From NCBI GenBank assembly GCA_049517415.1, contig JBEKSC010000021.1:1-49059 (forward strand): a stretch of 49,059 nucleotides of DNA. Reading direction: 5' to 3'. Of this stretch, positions 1 through 9,634 are shown piece by piece; position 1 is the stretch's first letter, and each line of letters starts with the position of its first letter. The notes under the pieces were generated by a model. It had not been told where the DNA came from and made no database searches. It saw only the letters and a program-made list of their open reading frames with translations. This stretch comes from Candidatus Bathyarchaeia archaeon. Lineage in GTDB: Archaea > Thermoproteota > Bathyarchaeia > 40CM-2-53-6. The translations under genes were made by a program, and so were the position numbers.

Positions 1-2
1 GT

Positions 3-1754
3 TTCTCAGCGAAGTACGAATGCCGTGTGAAGGCACAGTATCAGAGAGACTTGATGGGCCTTCTCGAGGAGGGCATGCTATTAGCGGTGCGCAATTTCAA
101 AGCGAAGAAGCATAACGGCAACCGCTTCACGCTCCTCGAAATTTCGCGCATCGGGCCAGAACACTTTGGCCTCAGAGGGCTCTCTGATCAGAGCTACTAT
201 CCCTACCAGTTTGAGATAATTGAACAGAGTGTCTCCGACTGGGATACGGATGATAAGGCAACGATGATGATTCAATTAGCGGCCATTCCGCTTAACTACG
301 ATTTGATTCTCGACGGCCTCGACCAGCAGTATGTGAAAGGCTTCACATACCCGATAGTTGGCGAACGAGTCTTCATCCTGAGCAAGAACACTATCCATAG
401 GATGTACAACCGACGACTCCTCGAGGAACTTGGCCTAACCTGGAACGAGGATAGAATCTCAACCTTCGGGGACGCGCGAAAGGATCCACGGATTGGCGTA
501 ATCAAGATGTTCCAGGAGGAGAAGGATCCGATTCCAATTTACGTTAGCTTCGAAAGGCTAGCTAGATACCACTTCGGAGTATTCTCTTTCACGGGCAGCG
601 GAAAAAGCAATCTGGTCTCCAACATCCTAAGAAGGATAATGTACCACACGAAGACTACGAAAGTTGTAATATTCGATATATCGATGGAGTATCCCTTTCT
701 GCTCCAAGACGTCTTTTCCGACAAGACCGTAGAGAGCAAAATTATCACCGACGTCCCCATCGCCGACGCCGAACACTTCAGGAAAATCATCGTGACTCCG
801 AGAAAATTCGAAAAAGCGGACATTTCACCGACACTGAAGTCGATCCTCGCCCTGGGCCGCGTGGGCCATTTCGCAGAAGGAAGCGAACATCCGCCAACCT
901 ACGAGGACGTTCTTGAAGAAATTAAACTCTTAACGGTCGATGACATGAAGAAGGCTGTAAACCTTAACGCAATCAATCAAATCAAACTCAAGGTATTGCA
1001 ATGGATCAAGGACAATCATGCAGAACGCTCACAAACCGTCACGCAAGCGTTCTTGGAATACTTGCAAACTGAGGCCGTAAGCACGCTTGACAGATTCAAA
1101 GTGTGGAAGAATAGCGGACTCTACGCTTGGGCTTCAACACGATCTGAACTAGCTCCACTCCTTCAACCCGAAGAGAAAGTGAAGGACGATAAATCCTTTG
1201 GAGCAGAAAAAATAGTCCAGCTTCTCGAGAGCGACACGAGGCTACTGTGTCTCTCAATCGCGGAACCGAGCGTCGTGAAACAACTCGCCATCACGTTGAC
1301 CTCCGACATTTTGCGACATAGGAAACGCGAATTTCAGGTGGAACCGCAGGTTCTCTTCGTCTTCGATGAAGCTCAAGAATTCATCCCCGCCTACGATAAG
1401 GCTAGGGGGATAGACTCCACTTGTACACAACGCATAGAGACTTTGCTGAGACAGGGAAGAAAATACGGGTTGGGGGGATGCGTTGCCACTCAAAGAATTG
1501 CTTACCTTAACACGAACGCCTTACAACAATTGCACACATACTTCGTCGGCCCCTTGCCGCGGCCTTATGACCGAAGCCTCGTGAGCAGCACGTTTACAAT
1601 TGATCAAAGCATTCTTGAGAAAACGCTTGAGTTTGCCCCTGGTCAGTGGCTGTTATCTAGCTATATTGCGACTGGGATGGAGAACGTCCCAATATTCATA
1701 ACTGCTGATAATTCGGAGACTGAATTGGAACGAGTCATACCCATGAAACGCTAA
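3..1754 (+). CDS. HerA/FtsK-superfamily ATPase (DUF87-type), 5'-truncated by the window
   Basis: Walker A FSFTGSGKS, Walker B LFVFDEAQ, RQGRKYG and ATQR motifs of HerA-like ATPases. The frame is open from position 3 (FSAKYECRVKAQ), so the true start probably lies outside the window. Confidence 0.85.
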   Translation, partial: FSAKYECRVKAQYQRDLMGLLEEGMLLAVRNFKAKKHNGNRFTLLEISRIGPEHFGLRGLSDQSYYPYQFEIIEQSVSDWDTDDKATMMIQLAAIPLNYDLILDGLDQQYVKGFTYPIVGERVFILSKNTIHRMYNRRLLEELGLTWNEDRISTFGDARKDPRIGVIKMFQEEKDPIPIYVSFERLARYHFGVFSFTGSGKSNLVSNILRRIMYHTKTTKVVIFDISMEYPFLLQDVFSDKTVESKIITDVPIADAEHFRKIIVTPRKFEKADISPTLKSILALGRVGHFAEGSEHPPTYEDVLEEIKLLTVDDMKKAVNLNAINQIKLKVLQWIKDNHAERSQTVTQAFLEYLQTEAVSTLDRFKVWKNSGLYAWASTRSELAPLLQPEEKVKDDKSFGAEKIVQLLESDTRLLCLSIAEPSVVKQLAITLTSDILRHRKREFQVEPQVLFVFDEAQEFIPAYDKARGIDSTCTQRIETLLRQGRKYGLGGCVATQRIAYLNTNALQQLHTYFVGPLPRPYDRSLVSSTFTIDQSILEKTLEFAPGQWLLSSYIATGMENVPIFITADNSETELERVIPMKR

Positions 1755-1930
1755 CAGAACGGCGTCAGTTGCATTCCCTTTGGGACCCATCGAATCGACT
1801 TAAATACAGATGAACAGGTTCATTTGCTCGGTGCCTGACACATGGGTGACGGCTTTAACGAGGCAATACTTGGCACGTAGCTTACCTGCAGATCCCGCTT
1901 CATCGATATTTTCTCTGGGAGGATTTTGCG

Positions 1931-3247
1931 TTGGATGAAGTGCCGACCATCGCGGATATTTTCGCCGGAAAACTTGACGGTGCACGTGTCGTCTTTAGAG
2001 GGTGGTTACACCACATTCGAAGTAGCGGTGGCATTCTCTTCCTTCAGCTGCGCGACGGGACAGGTGTAATACAATGCACGCTGAAGAAGGATAAGACGGA
2101 CCCCACGGAATTTGAGCGCTTAACCACTACGCCTATCGAAAGTACGATAGAAATCTCAGGCGAAGTTAGGAAAGATCCCCGCGCACCTCGCGGGTACGAA
2201 ATTCTGGTTGAGAAAGTCACGGTGGCTTTTCCGGCTGAAGATGGATATCCCATCGCGGATGAGAAGAGCCGCCGCCATCACGGACCCGACTTTCTACTCG
2301 ACCAAAGGCACCTCTGGCTGAGAAGCCAGAGAATGCAGACGATTATGCGAGTCCGGGGCCGGCTCATAGACGAAGCAAGAAGATGGCTCATAGATCACGG
2401 GTACCTTGAGATCCAAGTCCCGATACTTGTCACTGCAGCAGTGGAGGGTGGTTCGACGCTGTTCCCAGTCAAGTACTTCGATGAGAAAGCCTACCTAACC
2501 CAGAGCTGGCAGTTCTATGCTGAAGCAATGATCTCCAGCGTAGGAAAAATCTTCACCCTAGCACCGTCGTTTCGAGCGGAAAAGTCAAGGACTAGAAGAC
2601 ACCTGACCGAGTATTGGCACCTAGAAGTCGAAGAACCTTGGTTGGAACTCGATGGGCTGACGCGCCTCGAGGAAGAACTGGTAACGCAAATGTGCCAAAA
2701 GATGCGAGAGAAAGTGCCCGAAGAATTGAAGTTCATCGGGAGGGACCCTGAAGAAATTGCGAAAGTTAAGCCCCCCTTTCCAAGAATAACTTACGATGAG
2801 GCTGTGGACCTAATCCAAAAATCAAACCCCAGCTTCAAATGGGGAACCGACCTAGCTTACGAGGAAGAGAAAATTCTCACCGAGCGCTTTGAGTTGCCAT
2901 TCTTCGTTACCCACTATCCAAAGAGCGTCAAAGCATTCTATCATATGCCCGACCCGAAGAACCCCAAGGTAACACTTTCAACAGATCTGCTCGCGCCCGA
3001 AGGCTACGGGGAGATCACAGGCGGCGGCCAACGCATCCACGACGCAAAACTCCTGCTCGCAAGAATAAAGGAAGAAGGATTGAGCGCTAAAGATTACAAA
3101 TGGTACATCGATCTCCGACGCTACGGAACCGTTCCGCATTCGGGATTCGGAATGGGAATTGAGAGGACGCTGGCGTGGATTTGTAAGCTGGACCACATCA
3201 GAGATGCAATTGCATTCCCACGACTGATAAACCGCATCTACCCCTAG
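1931..3247 (+). CDS. asnS: asparagine--tRNA ligase
   Basis: OB-fold start (RGWLHHIRSSGGILFLQLRDGTG), class II motif 2 FRAEKSRTRRHLTEYWHLE, GEITGGGQR, and WYIDLRRYGTVPHSGFGMGIER. Confidence 0.93.
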   Translation: MDEVPTIADIFAGKLDGARVVFRGWLHHIRSSGGILFLQLRDGTGVIQCTLKKDKTDPTEFERLTTTPIESTIEISGEVRKDPRAPRGYEILVEKVTVAFPAEDGYPIADEKSRRHHGPDFLLDQRHLWLRSQRMQTIMRVRGRLIDEARRWLIDHGYLEIQVPILVTAAVEGGSTLFPVKYFDEKAYLTQSWQFYAEAMISSVGKIFTLAPSFRAEKSRTRRHLTEYWHLEVEEPWLELDGLTRLEEELVTQMCQKMREKVPEELKFIGRDPEEIAKVKPPFPRITYDEAVDLIQKSNPSFKWGTDLAYEEEKILTERFELPFFVTHYPKSVKAFYHMPDPKNPKVTLSTDLLAPEGYGEITGGGQRIHDAKLLLARIKEEGLSAKDYKWYIDLRRYGTVPHSGFGMGIERTLAWICKLDHIRDAIAFPRLINRIYP

Positions 3248-3268
3248 TCGCAACCAGGCTGTCAGCCA

Positions 3269-4099
3269 ATGCTGCAAATCAGGCGAATGCGATTTGACGA
3301 TATCGCGTACGCCCTCCGGCTTACGGACCAAGAGATGTGGGGGGTAGCACGTGCCGACCTTCTCAGAATTCTGAAACTTGACCCGAGAGGTTCCTTCATT
3401 GCCGCACGGGGTTCACGGAGAGTCGGCCTAATCACAACAACTCGATATGGCAGAAAACTCGCCTGGATTGGGAACGTCATAGTTGACCGAAACTACCGCG
3501 GAGCCCACATAGGCCAGTTCCTCGTCCAAATTGCGTTAAAACACTTGCAGAAATCAAACGTCAAGCATATCGCACTTTACTGCTTCGATGAAAACGTCAA
3601 ATTCTACCGAAGGCTCGGGTTCGTGCGTGACGCCCCATTCGTCAGGCTCAGACGCAAGTCAACACGAGCAGCTTCGCTTGCACACATGACTCATCGAACG
3701 CTACCTCTCCGGAGGATTCTGTCCTTGGATAGGAGAGTATTCGGAGCTGATCGCTCACATCTAATTCGCAAGGTACTTCGCTCCAAATCTGGATGGTACC
3801 TGAGTTCGTCAAACTCACACTTGCTGGTCAAAGAATCTAAGGAAATGTGCGAGCTTGGGCCGTGGATTTCCAGCAAGCAGTCCAAGGCCCAGGCAGGTGA
3901 GATGCTTGACCTTGCCCTGCGCGTGACTAAGGGGAAGCCGATAGAAGTTTCCTGCCTAAGAAACCACCCAGCTTACGGACTCTTCAGGAAACATGGTTTT
4001 CGAGTGATGAGCCACGGCTACCGTATGTATTTTGGTAGCATCGCTCGAATTGGAGACCCTGGAGCTAACTACGCGCTCGGGTTCCTGGACAAGGGATAA
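3269..4099 (+). CDS. GNAT family N-acetyltransferase (two-domain, YitH-like)
   Basis: WIGNVIVDRNYRGAHIG acetyl-CoA-binding motif, FYRRLGF, second domain with DRRVFGADR and LGPW. Confidence 0.85.
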   Translation: MLQIRRMRFDDIAYALRLTDQEMWGVARADLLRILKLDPRGSFIAARGSRRVGLITTTRYGRKLAWIGNVIVDRNYRGAHIGQFLVQIALKHLQKSNVKHIALYCFDENVKFYRRLGFVRDAPFVRLRRKSTRAASLAHMTHRTLPLRRILSLDRRVFGADRSHLIRKVLRSKSGWYLSSSNSHLLVKESKEMCELGPWISSKQSKAQAGEMLDLALRVTKGKPIEVSCLRNHPAYGLFRKHGFRVMSHGYRMYFGSIARIGDPGANYALGFLDKG

Positions 4100-4107
4100 T
4101 TTCCGGA

Positions 4108-5766
4108 TTAAGCGGCCGCATTTTGTAGTAAGGGCACTAGTTCCGGTGCGGGTCTTCCTAGCTTCTTGTCGAGCGCAGCTTTAATCAGGCCGTAGTAAGG
4201 CGGCGAGGGCCTGCTCGGCCGGGATTTGAATTCAGCGTGGAACTGAGTTCCCATATAGAAGTACTTCTCGGGTAGCTCAAAAATTTCCATTCTCCTGCCG
4301 TCCATACTGCAGCCAGAAAATACTCCACCCCCCTTCACAATTCGGTCGATAAAATCCGGGTTGACTTCATACCTGTGCCTGTGCCTCTCAGAGATTACTT
4401 CGCGGCCGTACAAGAAGCTGGCAGTCGTATTCGGTGTGAGTCGTATTTCATGCGCGCCGAGCCGCATCGTCGCACCTTTCGAATCCACTCCCACCTGCTC
4501 AGGCATAAGGTCAATGATAGGCTGAGGAGTCTTCGAATCGAGCTCCCTGCTATTCGCGTTTCTAAAGCCGAGGTGCCTAGCAAATTCAACTACCGCCAGT
4601 TGGAATCCGAAGCATATGCCCAGCGTGGGGATGTCCTTCTCTCGAGCGTACGATAGAGCAGCAATCTTTCCTTCGGTACCACGCGACCCGAATCCCCCTG
4701 GTATTAATACCCCATTGAATTGTGATAGCAATGTGCAATTGTCAGGGTCCCTCTCGAATAGTTCTGTTTCGACCCATTCAATCTCAACTCGCGCGTTACA
4801 AGCCCCCCCTGCATGTTTCAAAGCTTCGTTTACGCTCACGTAAGAATCGGCTAGCTCGGCGTACTTTCCGCAAAGTGCTATCCGAACGACTTCACGCGGA
4901 TTTGATATCTGTTCAACAACACGTTCCCAAGGTGCCCAATCAACGTCGTGCTTCGCGAGCCCGAATCGGTCCGTTAGAAAGTCTCCCATTCCTTGAGAAT
5001 CAAGTTCGAGAGGTGTTTGATATATGGTGGGAAGGTCCGGGGCCGCAAAGACTGCACGTTCCTCAACATTGCAGAAAAGCGCAATCTTCTTTCGAGCATT
5101 CGGATTGAGAGGCCCTCTAGTCCGGGCAACGATCAAATCGGCCTGAATACCAATTCTACGCAGTTCTTGTACGCTATGCTGCGTTGGCTTGGTTTTCTGT
5201 TCACCCACCACATCCAAAGCGGGGACAAGCGTGACGTGCGCGAAGAGAACATTTTGATGTTCTTCTTCGAGTCTTAGTTGTCGGGCGGCTTCAAGGTATG
5301 GCAGGCTTTCAATATCTCCGACGGTGCCTCCTATTTCCACAAGAAGAACGTCCGGCTCCGCCTTTGCAGCTACGCCCCTCACAACCGATTTGATTTCATC
5401 TGTGATATGGGGAATTATCTGGACGCACTGGCCCAGAAAGTCGCCACGCCGTTCTTTGTTTATGACGGCCGTGTAGATCTGGCCGGTGGTCGTGTTGTGG
5501 CTTCGGGACAGGTTGATGTCGAGGAACCTCTCATAGGTCCCCAAATCCATGTCCATCTCCCCGCCATCGTCTGTAACGAACACCTCTCCGTGGGCCACTG
5601 GATTCATTGTTCCAGCGTCAACGTTCAGGTAGGGGTCAATCTTCATCGCAGTAGGATTGAAACCCCTCATCTGCAAAAGCTTCGCAATTGAAGCGGCGGT
5701 AATGCCCTTTCCAATTCCGGACATGACGCCGCCGGTGATGAACAAATACCTCGTGTCTGTCGGCAT
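4108..5766 (-). CDS. pyrG: CTP synthase
   Basis: [34 protein letters not shown], glutaminase GICFG and TQFHAE. Confidence 0.98.
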   Translation of the reverse strand: MPTDTRYLFITGGVMSGIGKGITAASIAKLLQMRGFNPTAMKIDPYLNVDAGTMNPVAHGEVFVTDDGGEMDMDLGTYERFLDINLSRSHNTTTGQIYTAVINKERRGDFLGQCVQIIPHITDEIKSVVRGVAAKAEPDVLLVEIGGTVGDIESLPYLEAARQLRLEEEHQNVLFAHVTLVPALDVVGEQKTKPTQHSVQELRRIGIQADLIVARTRGPLNPNARKKIALFCNVEERAVFAAPDLPTIYQTPLELDSQGMGDFLTDRFGLAKHDVDWAPWERVVEQISNPREVVRIALCGKYAELADSYVSVNEALKHAGGACNARVEIEWVETELFERDPDNCTLLSQFNGVLIPGGFGSRGTEGKIAALSYAREKDIPTLGICFGFQLAVVEFARHLGFRNANSRELDSKTPQPIIDLMPEQVGVDSKGATMRLGAHEIRLTPNTTASFLYGREVISERHRHRYEVNPDFIDRIVKGGGVFSGCSMDGRRMEIFELPEKYFYMGTQFHAEFKSRPSRPSPPYYGLIKAALDKKLGRPAPELVPLLQNAAA

Positions 5767-5859
5767 AAATCACACGAACCAGTCGTGCGACTTAAAGCTT
5801 CTCCGATAGGCGTCACAGAAAATTGAAGAACTGAAGGAAGACGAGCTGTTAGTGTTCTG

Positions 5860-6540
5860 CTATTTGGGTACCTGAGTTTTCAGTTTCCTGATTTCCTGGT
5901 TTATCAGGTTCAGGGCGATTCGCGCGGTTGATATCGCTTGGTCCAAGGATTGTGAACTCTCAGCAGCCCAAATCTTCGCTGCACCTTGAGCGGTCTGTGC
6001 CCCGAGTTGGCTAAGGTATAGGCTTCCGTTGTTTTCGAATACCAGGCCAGCACTCACGAGTCCCTTTACAGCATCCGTCTCGTGCGAGGACAGTTGGAGG
6101 TCTCCCCGAGGTTTTGCAGTGTCAGTTGAGGTTGCATTAGTTTTCAAGAGTTTTACCAGAAGGCTCGGTCCAGCAGGCACGGTTTCTCCGAATTCGGACT
6201 TCGCCGATTCCTGTAGCTTTCGCAGTTGCTCTATTCTCGAAACTGCGTCAGTAACTGTCGTTAGGCTCCTGGTTATGCTGAGGAAGGATTGGACGACCGG
6301 GCTTTGCGGGTTCATTCGGTACAGGGTTACTGCGCCAACATGCCGCGAGGGCGCGACGGCTTTCATTCGTTCGAGGTCGTTCCAAACTCGGTAGAGTGTC
6401 GTACGGCCGATTCCGGCCCGTTGTGCAATCTCGGTCTTGGTTAATTCTTCTTGGGGTCGTTGCGCGAGGATTGTCAGGACTTTGAATTGCGGGCTCTTGG
6501 ATAGTACTTCCATGAATGCTGTGGCTTCGTCTGCTGCCAT
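5860..6540 (-). CDS. winged-helix DNA-binding protein (probably two wHTH domains)
   Basis: TKTEIAQRAGIGRTTLYRVWNDLE helix-turn-helix plus a second wing (GLVSAGLV...YLSQLG). ATG at 6540 chosen over the track start at 6600 because a TATA-like tract lies at ~6573-6582. Confidence 0.7.
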   Translation of the reverse strand: MAADEATAFMEVLSKSPQFKVLTILAQRPQEELTKTEIAQRAGIGRTTLYRVWNDLERMKAVAPSRHVGAVTLYRMNPQSPVVQSFLSITRSLTTVTDAVSRIEQLRKLQESAKSEFGETVPAGPSLLVKLLKTNATSTDTAKPRGDLQLSSHETDAVKGLVSAGLVFENNGSLYLSQLGAQTAQGAAKIWAAESSQSLDQAISTARIALNLINQEIRKLKTQVPK

Positions 6541-6618
6541 GGACTGTTCAAGTGGAGTGAGGGATGGGAATGGTATATTAATGTTCGCTTTCCCACACAC
6601 TAGAGTTTCATATGGAAG

Positions 6619-6930
6619 ATGGATAAATCAGAGGCCCCAACCATGCGACCTATGCCCGAACCGAACATCCTCTCCGAGCTTGAGGAGAGAACCCTGTTAG
6701 CCATGTGGAAACTCAAAGGAATAGGCAAGAATGGGGTCGAGGAGGGCAACCTCCAAACAGAATTAACGAATGAGACACCTCAAAACTTAGCCGCAGCCCT
6801 AGAGGCTCTTCAAAACCAAGGATTCATATCAAAGACGAATTCCGGCGATCGCAAGGTCGCTTCCCTGACTCCACTCGGCTTGGCCATTTTGCGCAAGCTC
6901 GAGGAGGACAGGCTGCAAGAGCTGAAATGA
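6619..6930 (+). CDS. small MarR-like winged-helix protein
   Basis: LAAALEALQNQGFI...SLTPLG wHTH signature; divergent from the previous gene. Confidence 0.7.
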   Translation: MDKSEAPTMRPMPEPNILSELEERTLLAMWKLKGIGKNGVEEGNLQTELTNETPQNLAAALEALQNQGFISKTNSGDRKVASLTPLGLAILRKLEEDRLQELK

Positions 6931-7183
6931 TACCAAGCAGAACCCCTCCAGTTTTGCAAGAACGGTCAAAGACTTTCAATCGCATTAATTTAAGAATAGA
7001 ATGAGACACTCCCACCGTTCTAATCTGAAGAAAGTCAACCCGTTCGATTACCAAGCTAGCCCCCTTTCGTAAACTTGCCATTTCAAAGACAATCGTTGAC
7101 TCAGCCTCGACCTTTCTCTGACTACCTTGGAATCGGTCTAATCACATACGCTAGATTCTTGCGAGTCTCGTGGGCTCATGCGT

Positions 7184-7206
7184 TGGCTCCGGGGTCGGAT
7201 TTGAAC
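7184..7206 (-). other. tRNA 3'-end-like fragment (degenerate)
   Basis: Reverse complement reads GTTCAAATCCGACCCCGGAGCCA (T-loop, acceptor 3' strand, CCA). It is one base short of canonical spacing and no 5' half is visible. Confidence 0.3.
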
Positions 7207-7215
7207 GCAACTTAC

Positions 7216-7470
7216 CGGCGGAGAAGCTTCAAGTCCAGATTCGAACGGGAGCATACCAACCGCCTATGGCAGGCTGACTTCAAGCTCACAAGCTAAGATT
7301 AATGGATGAACAACTTCCTAGACGACCGCTCCCGCTTCATCCCAGGCTCAAGAATCCATCACAACCCGACAGCCGAACACACCATCAAACTCCAAGAGGA
7401 ATGCGTGAAACATTACGGAAAACCTCGACAAATTCTGACCGGGGAAAACCGGTTTATCCGGCTAGCAGCC
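7216..7470 (+). pseudogene. IS481-like DDE transposase/integrase (rve) remnant
   Basis: One frame reads RFEREHTNRLWQADFKLTS*D*WMNNFLDDRSRFI...YGKPRQILT with two TAA stops (7294, 7300); the following DRG motif is frameshifted. Confidence 0.85.
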
Positions 7471-7610
7471 GCATCAAGGAATAGGCGATCTATCTCCAGC
7501 AGTCGTATACTTCAGAGACGTGACACATCAAAGTGCATAGAACGCATCGATCTAAGGAGTAAAACGCTTATTAACAACTTGTTCCGTGCCAGAGTTTTGC
7601 GGGAATTAGA

Positions 7611-8666
7611 TTGAGAGTTCTTAGAGAAAGAGAGCTTAAGGATGTTGTTTATGGATCTACGTTGCTAGGGTCTGGCGGGGGAGGCTCACCGGAAAACGGC
7701 ATTCAGCTCGTGAAGAGCATATTGGAGGGTGCCGGCGAGGTTAAGTTGGTTAAACCAGAAGAGGTACCCGACTACAGCATGGTATGCGTCGTAGCTGGTA
7801 TGGGTGCGCCAGAGGCTTTGCTCAAGAGGGGCTGGGAGAACGAAGATGTGCCAGCACTCAAGTTGATAGAGCAGACGACCGGCAAAACCATGGATTATAC
7901 TGTTGCCGTAGAAACTGGAGGCTTTAACTCCTTAACACCCTTGCACGCGGCAGCTGCGAATGGAATCGCTGCAATCGACGGCGCAGGCATAGAGCGTGCC
8001 ATCCCCCAGCTTGAGATGACCATGTTCCACGTGCACAACATACCCATAGCCCCGGTTACACTCGCGGATGCGAGTGGTAATTTTGCCGTTCTATACCCAA
8101 AGGATCCTCCCATGGCAGAGACAATGGCTAGAGGCATAACAGTAGCATTCGGAATGAAAGCTGGCCTCGCTTGTCACCCTATGGCTGGATGGCAACTGAA
8201 GAAATCCGTTATCCCAGGAACCTGCACTAGAGCCGAGGAGGTCGGGAAGTCGATGAGGGAGGCTGTTGAAAAGGGCCAGGACCCAGTCAACGCTGTGGTG
8301 AAAACCACGAAGGGATACGAGATCGCTAGAGGAACTGTGAAGGAAAAGACCGTTGAGACTCGAGGGGGATTCGACTATGGGAAAGTAACTGTCGCCGACG
8401 TAAGGGTTGACTACAAGAACGAGAACATGATCGCCTGGAAAGCTGGAAAGCCTATAGTGATATCTCCCGACCTGACTTGCTGGATGACGACTGATGGCAA
8501 ACCTCTGACTAATGCGGACATAAAGAAAGGAATGGAGGTCGCGGTGATAGGGATAAAGGCTCACGAGAGGTGGAGGACCCCTGAGGGACTCGTGGTATAC
8601 CAGCCCGTCCTCGCGGAGATGGGCTACACAGAAAAATATGTACCCGTAGAGCAGCTTCAAAAATAG
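7611..8666 (+). CDS. DUF917 family protein (copy 1)
   Basis: LLGSGGGG, AGMGAP, ETGGFN, RAIP, GGFDYG, KNENM and PDL motifs. Confidence 0.9.
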   Translation: MRVLRERELKDVVYGSTLLGSGGGGSPENGIQLVKSILEGAGEVKLVKPEEVPDYSMVCVVAGMGAPEALLKRGWENEDVPALKLIEQTTGKTMDYTVAVETGGFNSLTPLHAAAANGIAAIDGAGIERAIPQLEMTMFHVHNIPIAPVTLADASGNFAVLYPKDPPMAETMARGITVAFGMKAGLACHPMAGWQLKKSVIPGTCTRAEEVGKSMREAVEKGQDPVNAVVKTTKGYEIARGTVKEKTVETRGGFDYGKVTVADVRVDYKNENMIAWKAGKPIVISPDLTCWMTTDGKPLTNADIKKGMEVAVIGIKAHERWRTPEGLVVYQPVLAEMGYTEKYVPVEQLQK

Positions 8667-8701
8667 AGAAATAGTGCACCCGGTTTTCGCGTGCTCAGAT
8701 T

Positions 8702-9430
8702 CTACTCCGAGTGCTGTCCCGGAGTGTCTCGTGCAGCGCCGGGTCCTGAAGTTCCACTCTTGAATGAGCTGACTTCTCTATACCACTTCTTCTTTGTTCC
8801 GATCTTGGCTCGCATCTTCCACCTGAGAGACTTCGGTCGGGTCTCAATGAAATCGGAAATCTTCCTGATCTTCGCCCCAACATCCGCCTTGTCTTCCTCA
8901 CTGATGGATGTGAGTCCGGCCACCAGTTTTTCCACGTTCTGGAGGTTAGTCGTCACTGTGTAGTAAAACTCCCAGTCATCCGATAAAATATCGGCGATGT
9001 GCATGCAGTTGACAGTTTCTTTATCAGTCTCGCCTATTTCGTGTTCTCTCAGAAGAACTATCGTATCCTTGAAATCCTTCTCGGTGAACTCGACTATCTG
9101 CATCTTAGTCAAAAGCAATTCAGCCAGAGGGATTGTTGGGAAATCAACTTCCAACCGGTCGCGGAAATTGATCGTGTGGCACATCACCACTTTGTCGTAG
9201 AAAACATCGACAACACGTTTGTTGAAGTTATCTATGTAGATCTGTCTATTCTCCTGCCTGTAGAAGGGTTGGAGCATCCGTTGTTCGTAGCCGACACTGA
9301 GGATCAGTTTGGTGAGATTGCCGGCCTGTTTGCCGTATCCAACAACATCCAAGTCCGAAAGCGCTCTTCCCAGGGACTTGTGGATACCGGTAAACTTGGG
9401 ACAGTGTAATCTAATCGCTGTCGCTCCCAT
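8702..9430 (-). CDS. uncharacterised pol-beta-superfamily nucleotidyltransferase (true start probably upstream, ~9500-9530)
   Basis: GATAIRLH...SDLD, VDVF and KDFKD motifs. The frame stays open upstream (DFAEEALRIIKSAHERGIVLRA) without ATG/GTG/TTG. Confidence 0.7.
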   Translation of the reverse strand: MGATAIRLHCPKFTGIHKSLGRALSDLDVVGYGKQAGNLTKLILSVGYEQRMLQPFYRQENRQIYIDNFNKRVVDVFYDKVVMCHTINFRDRLEVDFPTIPLAELLLTKMQIVEFTEKDFKDTIVLLREHEIGETDKETVNCMHIADILSDDWEFYYTVTTNLQNVEKLVAGLTSISEEDKADVGAKIRKISDFIETRPKSLRWKMRAKIGTKKKWYREVSSFKSGTSGPGAARDTPGQHSE

Positions 9431-9634
9431 GGCTCTTAGGACTATCCCTCTCTCGTGCGCACTCTTTATGATCCGAAGCGCTTCTTCAGCGAAGTCTGGT
9501 CGTGGATGTGAGTCTTCAGTCGTAGTGCATTCCCCGGTGGGAGTGAGAAATGAATTTATGTTATGTAAAAGCCTTCCCTGAGATATTTCTTATATCGTAG
9601 CTCATTATTCCTGTGCAATCCAATCGATCTGAGG

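Noticed and set aside
7294..7302. Stop-codon recoding (Sec/Pyl) in the transposase frame
   Set aside because: Both stops are TAA and a frameshift follows; simple decay explains it
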